Shown here: positions 17,546 through 27,463 of the stretch, one piece after another
How the letters are laid out: each line of letters opens with the position of its first letter
How positions within the stretch are numbered: the stretch's first letter is position 1
Origin: a virus
Strand: one strand, 5' to 3'
Length of the DNA: 64,000 nt
IMG/VR virus record: IMGVR_UViG_3300017767_000004
Location: 2,589 to 66,588 of that record
Translations under genes and position numbers: made by a program
The notes under the pieces: generated by a model
What the model saw: the letters and a program-made list of their open reading frames with translations, nothing else
The model's database searches: none
What the model was told of the DNA's origin: nothing

Positions 17546-18940
17546 ATGACAAGAACTCGATTTTCACCTCAATACTTAGGTGGCTATCGAGGCCAGATAC
17601 GAAAGTTAGGCGTCAATGGGCAATCAAGGCGCTTTCAAATGGTAGGCATGTCCTATATTCCTCAAGATAAAAATTCACCTGCATCAGAAATTCAAAGAGC
17701 AGCGAAGGTCGCAAGAGACAATGGGTTTTATGCGAGAATCGTTGAAATATCTAAGGACAAGGCTCTTCTCAATACCAACAATAAACCTGGTGCAAGGCGA
17801 TGGGGGCTTTTCCTTAGACCCAAAAAAACACCCAGGAAGGATTGGCCCGTTAATGACATTGATAGACAAGGCAGAATCGTACGGCTCAGCAGGAAGGCTA
17901 CCAATCAAAACGGGATAAATCAATTACTTTACGATTCGAGGGCTAAGGGCCTTTACACAATGGATACTGCAAATGGGACAATGGTTGATTATCACCATCC
18001 AAAATCAACAGATCCCTTAGCAAGAAATCGTATGCTTAACCCAATAAAAACCGAGCCATATATTCAACAGGCAGCGTTTGAAGGGTCATTAAAGGATTTT
18101 AATTTCCGAGCGCCAGATGATTCGGGAATCAATATTTACAATAAAAGGTGGTCGCCCGATGAACTCCTTTTGACTGAAGAACTCGATGCAATAGCGCGTA
18201 GCACGATAAACGATAAACAAATATCGGACTTAACCTCTGGCTATCTGTGGATTGGAGGAACGACAGAACTTGGTTGGAGGAATAGAGTCGGAGTTTCCCA
18301 ATGGTTACAACAAAAAGAAGGCTACGACCCCACACTAAACAACCGTGATAATATCGAAAGTATGTTTGGTGAAAGAGTATATGACGCAACCTTGGCTAAT
18401 TTAGACAGTCTGGAATCATCATTAGAATATTACCTCCAAGACACCCTGTATTTCCCTTACCTCAAAGGAAGCGATGCGCCTTTCTGGGTGCGTGGACGCT
18501 ATCACCCAGGATTCATCGAGCATCATCCGTCGAGAGCGAGGACTGAATCTTTTATTGGAGATAGTGCCAAAAACATTCCGCAACAGATGGTCTCGCAGTT
18601 AATCCGAGACAGTTGGCAAAGCACCTCGCCTGAGCACGTAAGAAACAAGAAATACAACCCCCGATACGACCAATGGATCATATGGGCTGATAAGAAAAGA
18701 CAAATTTCACAAGATGACAAAGATATTCAATATGACAAATTGATTAGGCTTCTTCAGCAGGGGAAATACGAATTCGAATCACACGATGTTTTGACTCAAA
18801 CGATAGACGAATCCATTGTCAATTTTTTGAATGACAATAACATAACTGACAAAAGTTGGCGAGAAGTCACCAGCAAGCCAGACCCGACTATCGGTGGCGG
18901 AACAGTTCAAGGCAGTTCTGGATGGAGGGCTGATACATGA
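17546..18940 (+). CDS. Hypothetical protein with N-terminal shared module
   Basis: IQRAAKVARDNGFYARIV...RWGLFLRP. Confidence 0.8.
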   Translation: MTRTRFSPQYLGGYRGQIRKLGVNGQSRRFQMVGMSYIPQDKNSPASEIQRAAKVARDNGFYARIVEISKDKALLNTNNKPGARRWGLFLRPKKTPRKDWPVNDIDRQGRIVRLSRKATNQNGINQLLYDSRAKGLYTMDTANGTMVDYHHPKSTDPLARNRMLNPIKTEPYIQQAAFEGSLKDFNFRAPDDSGINIYNKRWSPDELLLTEELDAIARSTINDKQISDLTSGYLWIGGTTELGWRNRVGVSQWLQQKEGYDPTLNNRDNIESMFGERVYDATLANLDSLESSLEYYLQDTLYFPYLKGSDAPFWVRGRYHPGFIEHHPSRARTESFIGDSAKNIPQQMVSQLIRDSWQSTSPEHVRNKKYNPRYDQWIIWADKKRQISQDDKDIQYDKLIRLLQQGKYEFESHDVLTQTIDESIVNFLNDNNITDKSWREVTSKPDPTIGGGTVQGSSGWRADT

Positions 18941-20307
18941 ATAACTCTTGGGTAAGAAGGTTCAATGGTAGGCCTTACTTGTTTTCTAAGCGATTTAGAA
19001 ATAAAAACGAGGCCGGTAAATTCGCTTCAAACGTGAGGGTTAGAGGATATAATGCCCGAGTTGTCAATTGGGTTGGAGGTTCTGGAGTTTACATTGGCAG
19101 AAGATATGACAGATCTAAAAGCGAAGCAAGGCAGGCTTGGCTAAACCAAATTCAAAAAGAATATAATACAAAGGGCATTGCTGATGCCTTCTCCATGCCA
19201 GGGGCATTTACAGGGTCAGTAAAGAAAATCAGCGTCCAACCCTTTTTCCATGAAAATGAATCATTGGCCGTACGACTAATTGAACAAGAAGGCGGCAGGT
19301 TTGATGGGCTTGAATGGTTGACTTTCGATGACAGAATCAGACTTAATGCCGCCAACACCAAGGACGACGTAGGCGACCTATATGCCCATCCTTACAATCC
19401 TGTATTGAATGCAAATGAACAATTAACCCATGAAAAAGCGTTAGTTGATTTGGCTACTGATGAACTCGTAAATTCTTGGAACGATTTACCAATATTCCCA
19501 GGTAATTACGACGAAGAAGAGCTTGAACTTTACAGAATAATCAAGGCTAAAGAAAATGTCGAACCAGTAGTAGGAAATGATGGTTTTGGCAACACGGCAA
19601 TGAATTTTACATTTGGAGGACCAAAAAGAATAGGAGATAGTGCTATTTGGGGGTGGGGAGTTAATGTCAACGATTCCGAAGATTCTCCTGCGAGGTTCAA
19701 ATCATTAAAGATCGCAAACGAAGACCAACCAGATTTAGCAAGATGGCACGTAGTAGTAACCTATCCCACTAAAAATGGTTTTGAAGAGACTCCTGTTTAC
19801 GCCTTTGATACAGAAGAAAAAGCGGAGAACTTTGCAAGAAAGTTTGAAACAGTGGGGAGGGAAAGGGGCGAATATCTCCTTGACTTTGCAAAAATTCCAC
19901 AGAATGATATGTTTACAAAGCAGGTAAAAGGAGGGATATTTTTACCTTACAGCGATGTTGACATAAACATCGTGAAAGAAACTCAATTTTCTAATTCCCA
20001 ACAAATCGAACGGGACATGGAAAAGAGTCGGCGCTCGATGAATTTGCCTTCTGAACTTGGAGGTAATTTGGGCAACAATGTTCCAGGCTCAAAAGCAGTG
20101 AAAGAAATGTTTGATTTTCAAGAAAGAAAGATGAACGAGAAGGAACGAATGGAGGCGTATTATGAAGCAGATTGGAACTCGCAGTTTGCACCAAACCTCG
20201 ACGACGATGATTATGAAGGTGATGATTTCGAAGATTTCTTAGAAAGTGCTAATGCCCCTCAACCAGTCAAATTAGATCCAGACGAATTTTTGGAGGACAT
20301 AGAATGA
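18937..20307 (+). CDS. Hypothetical acidic protein with N-terminal shared module
   Basis: RRFNGRPY...EAGKFASNVRVRGYNARVVNWVGGSGVYIG. Confidence 0.85.
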   Translation: MNNSWVRRFNGRPYLFSKRFRNKNEAGKFASNVRVRGYNARVVNWVGGSGVYIGRRYDRSKSEARQAWLNQIQKEYNTKGIADAFSMPGAFTGSVKKISVQPFFHENESLAVRLIEQEGGRFDGLEWLTFDDRIRLNAANTKDDVGDLYAHPYNPVLNANEQLTHEKALVDLATDELVNSWNDLPIFPGNYDEEELELYRIIKAKENVEPVVGNDGFGNTAMNFTFGGPKRIGDSAIWGWGVNVNDSEDSPARFKSLKIANEDQPDLARWHVVVTYPTKNGFEETPVYAFDTEEKAENFARKFETVGRERGEYLLDFAKIPQNDMFTKQVKGGIFLPYSDVDINIVKETQFSNSQQIERDMEKSRRSMNLPSELGGNLGNNVPGSKAVKEMFDFQERKMNEKERMEAYYEADWNSQFAPNLDDDDYEGDDFEDFLESANAPQPVKLDPDEFLEDIE

Positions 20308-20407
20308 AAAAGATAAATCTCAGAGAAGGGAAAGTAAATGGGCAGTTTATTTTTATTTTTGGCCGAGATGATGGAGAGGAAAGGTTCGTTATATTGGAGG
20401 CCGTAGA

Positions 20408-22240
20408 ATGAGAACCAAGCCAATAAGAAAATTTGGAGCCCGATATTACAACAGGCTAAACATAGTGCCCATAGATAGCCAAAAAGCGAGAGCATTAGGG
20501 CGAATTATACGAAACAGAGGATACAATGCTCGAGTCGTTCCCGCAAGCAAAGGCAGCCGAATATATTTGGCCTCGAAGCCCAAAAAGGATGATTTCGATA
20601 CCCAATTTAACCTCCGTTCTAATTCACCATTCATCGATTCAAAGGGCTCAAGCAGGAACGTTAGGATGGGTTTGAGGCCAACAATACCGCAAGGGATACG
20701 AACAGAAGCCGAAGAAGGTCCTAAAGCAGCAATCATTCAAAAATTGGTTGACGGGATAAAAGGTTACGAGTATGACTACCTTGAATATAATGATGAATTT
20801 TCAAAGATGATGGAAGACCTTAAATTCAAACGATTTTCTAATTTCGAGAAATTAGAAGAGGAAGAAATGAAAGAGATATTTGAATCGTTTTCGTTGAAAG
20901 ACTTAGAGAGCATGGAGGGTGAAGCCGGAGGATATGACACTTACCAAATGCTTCAACAAAATGTTGACAATATGTATGACATTGGAATAGACATGAGCAT
21001 GGGCTGGGCCGATCCTAACAGGTGGGGTGGGAATCCAACCACAGAGATAAATTCAACTGACTTTTTCAACATGGCCTTGGCATCACAGATTTATCGTTTT
21101 AATCAAGCAAATTTAACACAAGAAGCAAATTCCCAAAAGAAGGCCGGACGGTTTAGTACGATAAGAGATGATTCCAACCAATATTTCGCCAATGAAGAGC
21201 TTGATTTATTCCCTTACTTGGAAACGCAGAATATAATACTGCCATTGCAAGCCATAATAACTTATGATGCTGAAAATCCTGAAGGCAGATTAGAAAGAGT
21301 AAAATTACAATCCGATTACTTCAGCAGGCTAATTTCAGAATACAGAGACGGAGAATTTCGAGAAAATGCTTTGATAAAACCAGAATTAGAATATGTTTCA
21401 AGGCTTGGAGGTTATGCTTCAGACTTCGATTTAGATTACTATGGTGATTTATTCGACTCTCAAGAATCGACATATACTTACCTTGACTATGCTAACGAAA
21501 GAAGCGAATTAGAAGATGAATTTTGGGGAGATATTGTGATCGAACACGGAAACCCAGATGACATAGAGCCTGGCATTGATGGATATTCCGAAGTGATAAA
21601 CGTCTTTGGAGTAATGGGCTACAAAGGGGGGAAATATGGTTCCGATATTAAACTAAAAAATTGGTTTAGATTTCCCAAAGACCCAGACTTCTTTGATTCA
21701 TTACCGAGTTTTCTTCAAAACATTGAAGATTACTCTCACAACAGAGAAATAGACCCTGATTCCTATACCGCTGAATTTACAAATAACAAAAACACATATC
21801 CGCTTCAAGGTTCAGAAGTGGTCATGTGGCGTGGTAAAATACTTTTAGAAAACAGGTTAGAGAATAAAGGGCTAATCAACAAGAAATTAGCAAAGGCGCT
21901 TAAATTGATATATCCTAATTATCCAGGGCAACTTACCACTGAAGACATACGCAATAAGATAACGTCTGACGGTTTCAAGGGCGACCCATTAGTTGTATTG
22001 TCATTTTTGACTGGTTATGCTTTACCAGAGATAACAGATGAAGACGCAAAGATGCTTGTCAATTTTGGAGTTGACAAAGTGTATGGCGATCCATTCAAAC
22101 TTATCAGAAATGGAGCAATATCGTCTTCTGGAGCAAATAAAAATTCGTTGGAGAACGTAAAAGGCGCAAAAGACACGGAATGGCCTGATTTCTATTCCGC
22201 AGTAGCCAATCAAGTAAATTATGAATCAATTTGGAGGTAA
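20408..22240 (+). CDS. Hypothetical acidic protein with N-terminal shared module
   Basis: RKFGARYY...KARALGRIIRNRGYNARVVPASKGSRIYLA. Confidence 0.85.
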   Translation: MRTKPIRKFGARYYNRLNIVPIDSQKARALGRIIRNRGYNARVVPASKGSRIYLASKPKKDDFDTQFNLRSNSPFIDSKGSSRNVRMGLRPTIPQGIRTEAEEGPKAAIIQKLVDGIKGYEYDYLEYNDEFSKMMEDLKFKRFSNFEKLEEEEMKEIFESFSLKDLESMEGEAGGYDTYQMLQQNVDNMYDIGIDMSMGWADPNRWGGNPTTEINSTDFFNMALASQIYRFNQANLTQEANSQKKAGRFSTIRDDSNQYFANEELDLFPYLETQNIILPLQAIITYDAENPEGRLERVKLQSDYFSRLISEYRDGEFRENALIKPELEYVSRLGGYASDFDLDYYGDLFDSQESTYTYLDYANERSELEDEFWGDIVIEHGNPDDIEPGIDGYSEVINVFGVMGYKGGKYGSDIKLKNWFRFPKDPDFFDSLPSFLQNIEDYSHNREIDPDSYTAEFTNNKNTYPLQGSEVVMWRGKILLENRLENKGLINKKLAKALKLIYPNYPGQLTTEDIRNKITSDGFKGDPLVVLSFLTGYALPEITDEDAKMLVNFGVDKVYGDPFKLIRNGAISSSGANKNSLENVKGAKDTEWPDFYSAVANQVNYESIWR

Positions 22241-22245
22241 ATAAG

Positions 22246-23946
22246 ATGAGGAAATTCGGAAACAGATACTATGCAAGACTCGCCAAAGGACAACACAAAT
22301 CAGCAGTTAATGTTGCCAGTGTTATGCGAAATAGAGGCGTAAATGCCAGGGTAATCAAGGGCAAACACGGCTCGACAGTTTTCGTAGCGCCAAGGGTAAG
22401 AAGATTCAATGCAAAGGCAGTGATGAAAACTAAACCTGCTGAAGAATTGTTCAACGAAGATAGAGGAAGCAGGCTGAAAATGATTTTAGAGGAATCCAAC
22501 GGAAGCTTGAGGAATTGGGGAGCCGACCTTATGGTATCTGAGAAGAAAAGGTGGGACCAAAATAATCGAAAATTGATTGAGCAAGCCAAGGCTAACAGAA
22601 GTGATTATTCGAAGAAGTATGAAACTGCTTTAGCCGAAGCAAGAAAGGAATTCGCAGATGTAGGAATGGATTTTGATGCTCCAAGCCGAGTGCCAATTGA
22701 AGACCGTACCATGAAACTCAAGAAATTGAAAAATGAGCAATCCAGCGTTGAAAAAGCCGAATTCGCAAAGAATTTAGAAAAGGCTCGACAATCGATGGGC
22801 TGGAAAGCAGGAGGCTATCTGATGAGAGATTATGAAGTCGCAGAAATGTATAGACGAGCAAATCTCCTAACTTATGGAATCGAAGGATCAAGCAGCCTAA
22901 TCAAACAAACAGAAATATTCGGCTCTGCATCACAAGAATCAGCCAAGAATCCTGACGTTCCAATCGACATGGGGATGCCTAAAGCATATGGCCCTGAAGA
23001 CTTGAATCAAAACCTCGCTCTTGACCCAAGCAGCGGTGCTCAAAGTCTTAAACGATTCAAATTAGGAGGTAAAAAGGTAAATTATCATCTATTTGCATTG
23101 GGCTACAATAAAAGCAGATTGCAACAAGTCTCGAGAGATTTGAAGGAAGCAGGATTTTCAGCAAGAGTCGTTCCTTCAGGGTATGATAAAGCAACGGCTC
23201 TTAGAAAGTGGTCTATATTCATCCATCCGACAGGCAAACAAAAGACTCAGGGATTAAAGAAATTATACGAAGACGACCCAGCAAATCCTCAATTTGGCAA
23301 CGTAATGCGATCATTATTGTCATCCAAAGGATTCGGATTAGGCACATGGAATGAGGACGGTTCGGAAAGAGGATTTGATATTGCTCTTTCTGACCCTCAA
23401 TTCCGCTTTACGGGCAGTGAGAACGATTATCAAAATATTTACAAGCTTGACTGGAGAGACTTTGACGACATTTACACCCAGTCATCCGAAAACGATTTTA
23501 TTGTTCTAAAAGATAAATTAAGCAAAGGATTCGATGGGAAGGCGTGGAAATATGTTCGGGATAAAGAAGAATCAATGACTGCAAGATGGGCGGGAGAAGT
23601 CAACCCTGGGCCAATGGCACTGAATGTAAGGGTTTACAACCACGAAGAAAAGCCCGTTTCTGTTTCTTTTATGAAGTCAAATCGGCCCAAAAAGAAGATG
23701 AAAGCAACATTTACCTATCAGAATGGACGCCAAAAGACAACTCACTTTGGAGGAACGGGATATGAAGACTTCACCGTTCATAACGATGCAGATAGAAAAT
23801 CCAGTTATCTGAACCGGCATAAAAAGAATGAGGATTGGAATGATCCAACAACAGCAGGTGCTTTGAGCCGTTGGATTTTATGGAATAAAGAATCGAAAAA
23901 CGCCAGCATAGAAGATTACAAACGGAGGTTTGATTTGAATGCTTGA
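22246..23946 (+). CDS. Protein with two shared modules and a C-terminal DUF5754-like domain
   Basis: N-terminal MRNRGVNARVI; internal LKEAGFSARVVP; C-terminal KKKMKATF...THFGGTGYEDFTVHND..RK.SYL.RH...EDWNDP.TAG.LSRWILWNK. Confidence 0.8.
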   Translation: MRKFGNRYYARLAKGQHKSAVNVASVMRNRGVNARVIKGKHGSTVFVAPRVRRFNAKAVMKTKPAEELFNEDRGSRLKMILEESNGSLRNWGADLMVSEKKRWDQNNRKLIEQAKANRSDYSKKYETALAEARKEFADVGMDFDAPSRVPIEDRTMKLKKLKNEQSSVEKAEFAKNLEKARQSMGWKAGGYLMRDYEVAEMYRRANLLTYGIEGSSSLIKQTEIFGSASQESAKNPDVPIDMGMPKAYGPEDLNQNLALDPSSGAQSLKRFKLGGKKVNYHLFALGYNKSRLQQVSRDLKEAGFSARVVPSGYDKATALRKWSIFIHPTGKQKTQGLKKLYEDDPANPQFGNVMRSLLSSKGFGLGTWNEDGSERGFDIALSDPQFRFTGSENDYQNIYKLDWRDFDDIYTQSSENDFIVLKDKLSKGFDGKAWKYVRDKEESMTARWAGEVNPGPMALNVRVYNHEEKPVSVSFMKSNRPKKKMKATFTYQNGRQKTTHFGGTGYEDFTVHNDADRKSSYLNRHKKNEDWNDPTTAGALSRWILWNKESKNASIEDYKRRFDLNA

Positions 23947-23948
23947 TG

Positions 23949-24007
23949 TGTGTTTATTGGCCTCTTCCGAGGGGTTAATTGAAAAAAGATAGGAGGGTGT
24001 AGTGGGC
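23949..24007 (+). promoter_or_regulatory. Bipartite promoter, copy 4
   Basis: TGTG at 23949, AATTGAAA at 23977, GGC-ATG at 24008. Confidence 0.65.
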
Positions 24008-25141
24008 ATGGACAAAAGAGCGCCGAGAGTTCGACGTCTCAAAACGAGAATCGACGACAGTTATCCTTTCGTTGAAGTCCATTCAACTAAATCCAAAGCC
24101 CAAGCAATCAAATTAGCCGATTCCATGCGGGATGAAGGGGAATTGGTAAGAGTTATTCCACGGCAGTATGGGTATGGGGTTTTTGTAGGCCACGAACGCG
24201 CTGGAAAGGCAGAAACACCTACACAACAGAACCAAAGAAAGAGAATCACGCCAGACCCAAGAATCGGTGTAAAGGCTTACAACTCTGAGGTAAATCGATT
24301 AGCCGATTTTGCTGGAATCGATAAAGAAAATATGAAGGTCACAAACCTATCTGAAGAAGATGAAGAATTCAAAAAACTTAGGCGAAACAACATATTCGTC
24401 GGAACAGTTCACCTGACTCTGGCAGTGATTATGATTATTTTTTCTAATCCAGATTTTCGAATAGCAATCAGTAGCACTTTCGCAGCAGGCCCTCCAGGAT
24501 GCGTTAATGAAAGCAGTTGTGAACAGTTTGTTATCAACAATTTTCAAATGACGATAGCATGGTGGGTTGCCGCGTTTTCTTTACTTTCAGCATTTTTTCA
24601 CTACCTATCAGCCTTCATAGTTGAACCATATTACAGGAAAAACATAATCATGGGCAGAAACCCTTTGAGGTGGATTGAATATTCATTGTCATCAACGGTA
24701 ATGATACTGCTCTTAATGGCATTATCAGGCATCACTAATTTAGCCGCATTGATCGCTGTATCTTTTGCAAACATTTCCATGATTCTCTTTGGGTGGATTT
24801 CTGAGATAATGAATCCTCCAGAAAGAGAGAAAACAGACTGGACTGCATTTATTTTCGGTTGCATAGCGGGTATCGGCCCTTGGATTACCCTATATGGCGC
24901 TTTGATTATCAATATCGAGCAATTGGGCGTCTCTTATACTGAGATACCTAATTTCGTGTGGGCAATTCTAATTGTCCAATTTGTCTTCTTCAATATATTC
25001 GGACTAAACCATGCCTTGCAATTCATCAAAGGATTTTACAAGAACGGGTATTATCAAGGCGAACTATACTACATTTATCTATCACTTTCAGCGAAGGTCG
25101 TCTTGGCCTTGATGATTTACACTAACACGCTAATATTGTAG
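24008..25141 (+). CDS. heR: Heliorhodopsin fused to an N-terminal shared module
   Basis: Helix-A His (GTVHL), GPPG loop, SAFFH, NPLRWIEYSLSSTVM, MILFGW, FGCIAGIGPW, YIYLSLSAK (retinal Lys); ~120-aa N-terminal extension containing QAIKLADSMRDEGELVRVIPRQYGYGVFVG. Confidence 0.95.
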   Translation: MDKRAPRVRRLKTRIDDSYPFVEVHSTKSKAQAIKLADSMRDEGELVRVIPRQYGYGVFVGHERAGKAETPTQQNQRKRITPDPRIGVKAYNSEVNRLADFAGIDKENMKVTNLSEEDEEFKKLRRNNIFVGTVHLTLAVIMIIFSNPDFRIAISSTFAAGPPGCVNESSCEQFVINNFQMTIAWWVAAFSLLSAFFHYLSAFIVEPYYRKNIIMGRNPLRWIEYSLSSTVMILLLMALSGITNLAALIAVSFANISMILFGWISEIMNPPEREKTDWTAFIFGCIAGIGPWITLYGALIINIEQLGVSYTEIPNFVWAILIVQFVFFNIFGLNHALQFIKGFYKNGYYQGELYYIYLSLSAKVVLALMIYTNTLIL

Positions 25142-25152
25142 GAGGAATTTAG

Positions 25153-27024
25153 ATGAGAAAACTATCGGGAACAAGGAGATTTAACGGCAAGAACTTCAAA
25201 CTTATGGGTACAATTGGCAACAAAAGAACTGCCTCGCAAGTCGCCCAAGTGATTCGAGACAGAACCAACGCATCAATTCAAAAGGGCAGAAAATACTCGT
25301 ACAACGCCAGGGTTATTCCAATCAAATCAAGAAACGGTTATGGCGTCTATGTGCAACGTAAGTCAAGGGCTTACAACTTTACAAACCCCCCATGGAGAAA
25401 TTTTCAAGATGGCCGTTCAATGGTGGACACGGTTCTTCTGAATGATTGGCTAAAGCAACAGATAGGTCATAACCCAAATCTAAGTTGGAGAGAAAATCTT
25501 AGGAACATTAGCGGCCCGCAAGCTCTTGTTGACCTTGAAAGACTAAGTGATCCAGTCAATGCTATGATTGAGGATGCACAAAAAGCCGAAGCCAGTTTTG
25601 ATTTCAATTCGATGCTTGACGATTTACTTGCAGATACCGAATTGGGCCAAGATGCAGGATTCGAAGCGAAAAGCAGGGATGAATACAAGACAGAAATGGG
25701 CGGGGGCTTTTCCGATGAATTCCTAATGCTGACCGGTCCAGAAGAGCAGAGAGCACTTGTTGCAACAGAAATGCAGGATGCAGATGTATTTGATTTCCTT
25801 GACATAGACGACGGCGTTACCCCAAGGGACGATACAGAATTTTTAGCGGAACTCGATGCTTGGTTTGATAGAGAGTTCGAGCAAGAGAAACTACTGCCTC
25901 AAAATGTGGGCGAAACAATAGTGGATACGAAAAACACATTGGCGGTATTAGCGCAAAATGAACTTCTCGAAAAGGATGGTGAAAGCCTTGATGATGCACT
26001 TGATCGGATTCTCGGAGAATCATTCGACGAACTACTGAGAAATGAAATCACTGACGATAAAGGAAAAATGACGTTTGGGGATAGGATGCTTTCTCCAGAG
26101 GATATATTTTCAGATGCTACTTTGAATCCAGGTCTCGGCTTTGCACAGCCTAATGTTCCAGCCGGCTCACAAGCAGGATATTGGACATACAGGCCACTTG
26201 GCAACCTTGGAACATCTGTTAGTGATGCAGAACTGTTCGCTAAGAAAGATGCATTCTTGATTGTCGATTCAGTAGGCAACATTGTCTCGTCTGAATTTTA
26301 TGAACGAGGAAATGGTTCTGAAGAAAGAGCAGCAGTTAGGGCAGCTTCAAACACTGCCAAATTACTGACGGCCCAATTCGACCAATACAAATCAGATGGT
26401 TTTTCTGAATACGGGAGGACCGCACCAGGGTTAGCATTGATTGATGGGACAGTCACCATTGACAGAGAAGGCAATTGGGCCGGATACGACATATTAGGCA
26501 GACAAGACGATTATACCTTAACTGCTGGCGACTTCGAATATTACGTTGATGGGCAGGAAGTGGCACAAGGGGGAGTCCCTGCTTCAGTCCTTAGAAATTG
26601 GATATTACCTCAGACCAGGGCCGAGTATGTTGACTCCGCACGCGAAAGAGCAGAATTCCTCGGAGTTGATTTTGATGGAGCAAAAAATGCAAATACGCTG
26701 GCAATGGCCGAACTCGCAAGACAAGAGGGCGCTTCAGCATCGATGGTTAATGACCTGCTAAACAACACAAAATATCGTATTTACGATGGAGATGGTGCTG
26801 CCGTTTCGACAACATTACCTGATTGGGAGACCACGCTAAAAGTTATTCGGGATTTTTCAAGTTCAGGCAGGACAGAGAATTTCGTTATATCAAAATCAAA
26901 ATCTGACGGGTTAGGGAACGTAAGCAGGCTGGATGAACGGATATATGCAAATGCGCTATTTGATCCAACTATCGGATATGTTTTCAACTACATCGATAAC
27001 GAACCTTCGACAGTGGAGGTTTGA
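25153..27024 (+). CDS. Hypothetical acidic protein with N-terminal shared module
   Basis: RRFNGKNF...TASQVAQVIR...YNARVIPIKSRNGYGVYV. Confidence 0.85.
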   Translation: MRKLSGTRRFNGKNFKLMGTIGNKRTASQVAQVIRDRTNASIQKGRKYSYNARVIPIKSRNGYGVYVQRKSRAYNFTNPPWRNFQDGRSMVDTVLLNDWLKQQIGHNPNLSWRENLRNISGPQALVDLERLSDPVNAMIEDAQKAEASFDFNSMLDDLLADTELGQDAGFEAKSRDEYKTEMGGGFSDEFLMLTGPEEQRALVATEMQDADVFDFLDIDDGVTPRDDTEFLAELDAWFDREFEQEKLLPQNVGETIVDTKNTLAVLAQNELLEKDGESLDDALDRILGESFDELLRNEITDDKGKMTFGDRMLSPEDIFSDATLNPGLGFAQPNVPAGSQAGYWTYRPLGNLGTSVSDAELFAKKDAFLIVDSVGNIVSSEFYERGNGSEERAAVRAASNTAKLLTAQFDQYKSDGFSEYGRTAPGLALIDGTVTIDREGNWAGYDILGRQDDYTLTAGDFEYYVDGQEVAQGGVPASVLRNWILPQTRAEYVDSARERAEFLGVDFDGAKNANTLAMAELARQEGASASMVNDLLNNTKYRIYDGDGAAVSTTLPDWETTLKVIRDFSSSGRTENFVISKSKSDGLGNVSRLDERIYANALFDPTIGYVFNYIDNEPSTVEV

Positions 27025-27461
27025 ACTTGGTCGCACAAACCCGAATGATTGGTAAAAGGAGGCATGTCTTGTCCGACCATTCTCTTGACAAGGCAACAGC
27101 AAAAAGAATGGCTGTACGCCATCGAATGCTTGGAATCAATGCCAAAGTAATCAAGCACGCTGAAGGCAGATATGCAGTCTATCGGTCATGTAATCTTAGG
27201 AAAAGGGTTGAACCAACAAATAACCAAAAGAAAATTCATGTGAATCAACTAATGATACGCCAAAATTTGAAAAATCCAAATAACCCTAAGCCACCAATCA
27301 CTATTCAAACAAGCAAAGGATCTATTCGTGCAAGTGAGATTGATATTGAAGGCGAAAGCAAACTTGTTTACAACAATGAAAATCCATTGTCGTGCGGCGC
27401 TCGTCTATGGATAGAAACCAAAGGTAAAATCAAAATCGATAATTGTACAAGGTTGGGTTGA
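27021..27461 (+). CDS. Shared module fused to a conserved marine-phage hypothetical domain
   Basis: N-terminal AKRMAVRHRMLGINAKVI...YAVY; C-terminal IHVNQ..IRQN...PPITIQT...EIDIEG.SKLVY...PLSCGARLWIET (remembered marine-virus pattern). Confidence 0.75.
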   Translation: MNLVAQTRMIGKRRHVLSDHSLDKATAKRMAVRHRMLGINAKVIKHAEGRYAVYRSCNLRKRVEPTNNQKKIHVNQLMIRQNLKNPNNPKPPITIQTSKGSIRASEIDIEGESKLVYNNENPLSCGARLWIETKGKIKIDNCTRLG

Positions 27462-27463
27462 AT

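Noticed and set aside
20308-20407. tRNA, ncRNA or TGTG promoter in the 100-bp gap (other gaps also checked for tRNA)
   Set aside because: No cloverleaf or T-loop pattern and no TGTG/TTSAWA at the expected spacing; only an SD before 20408.
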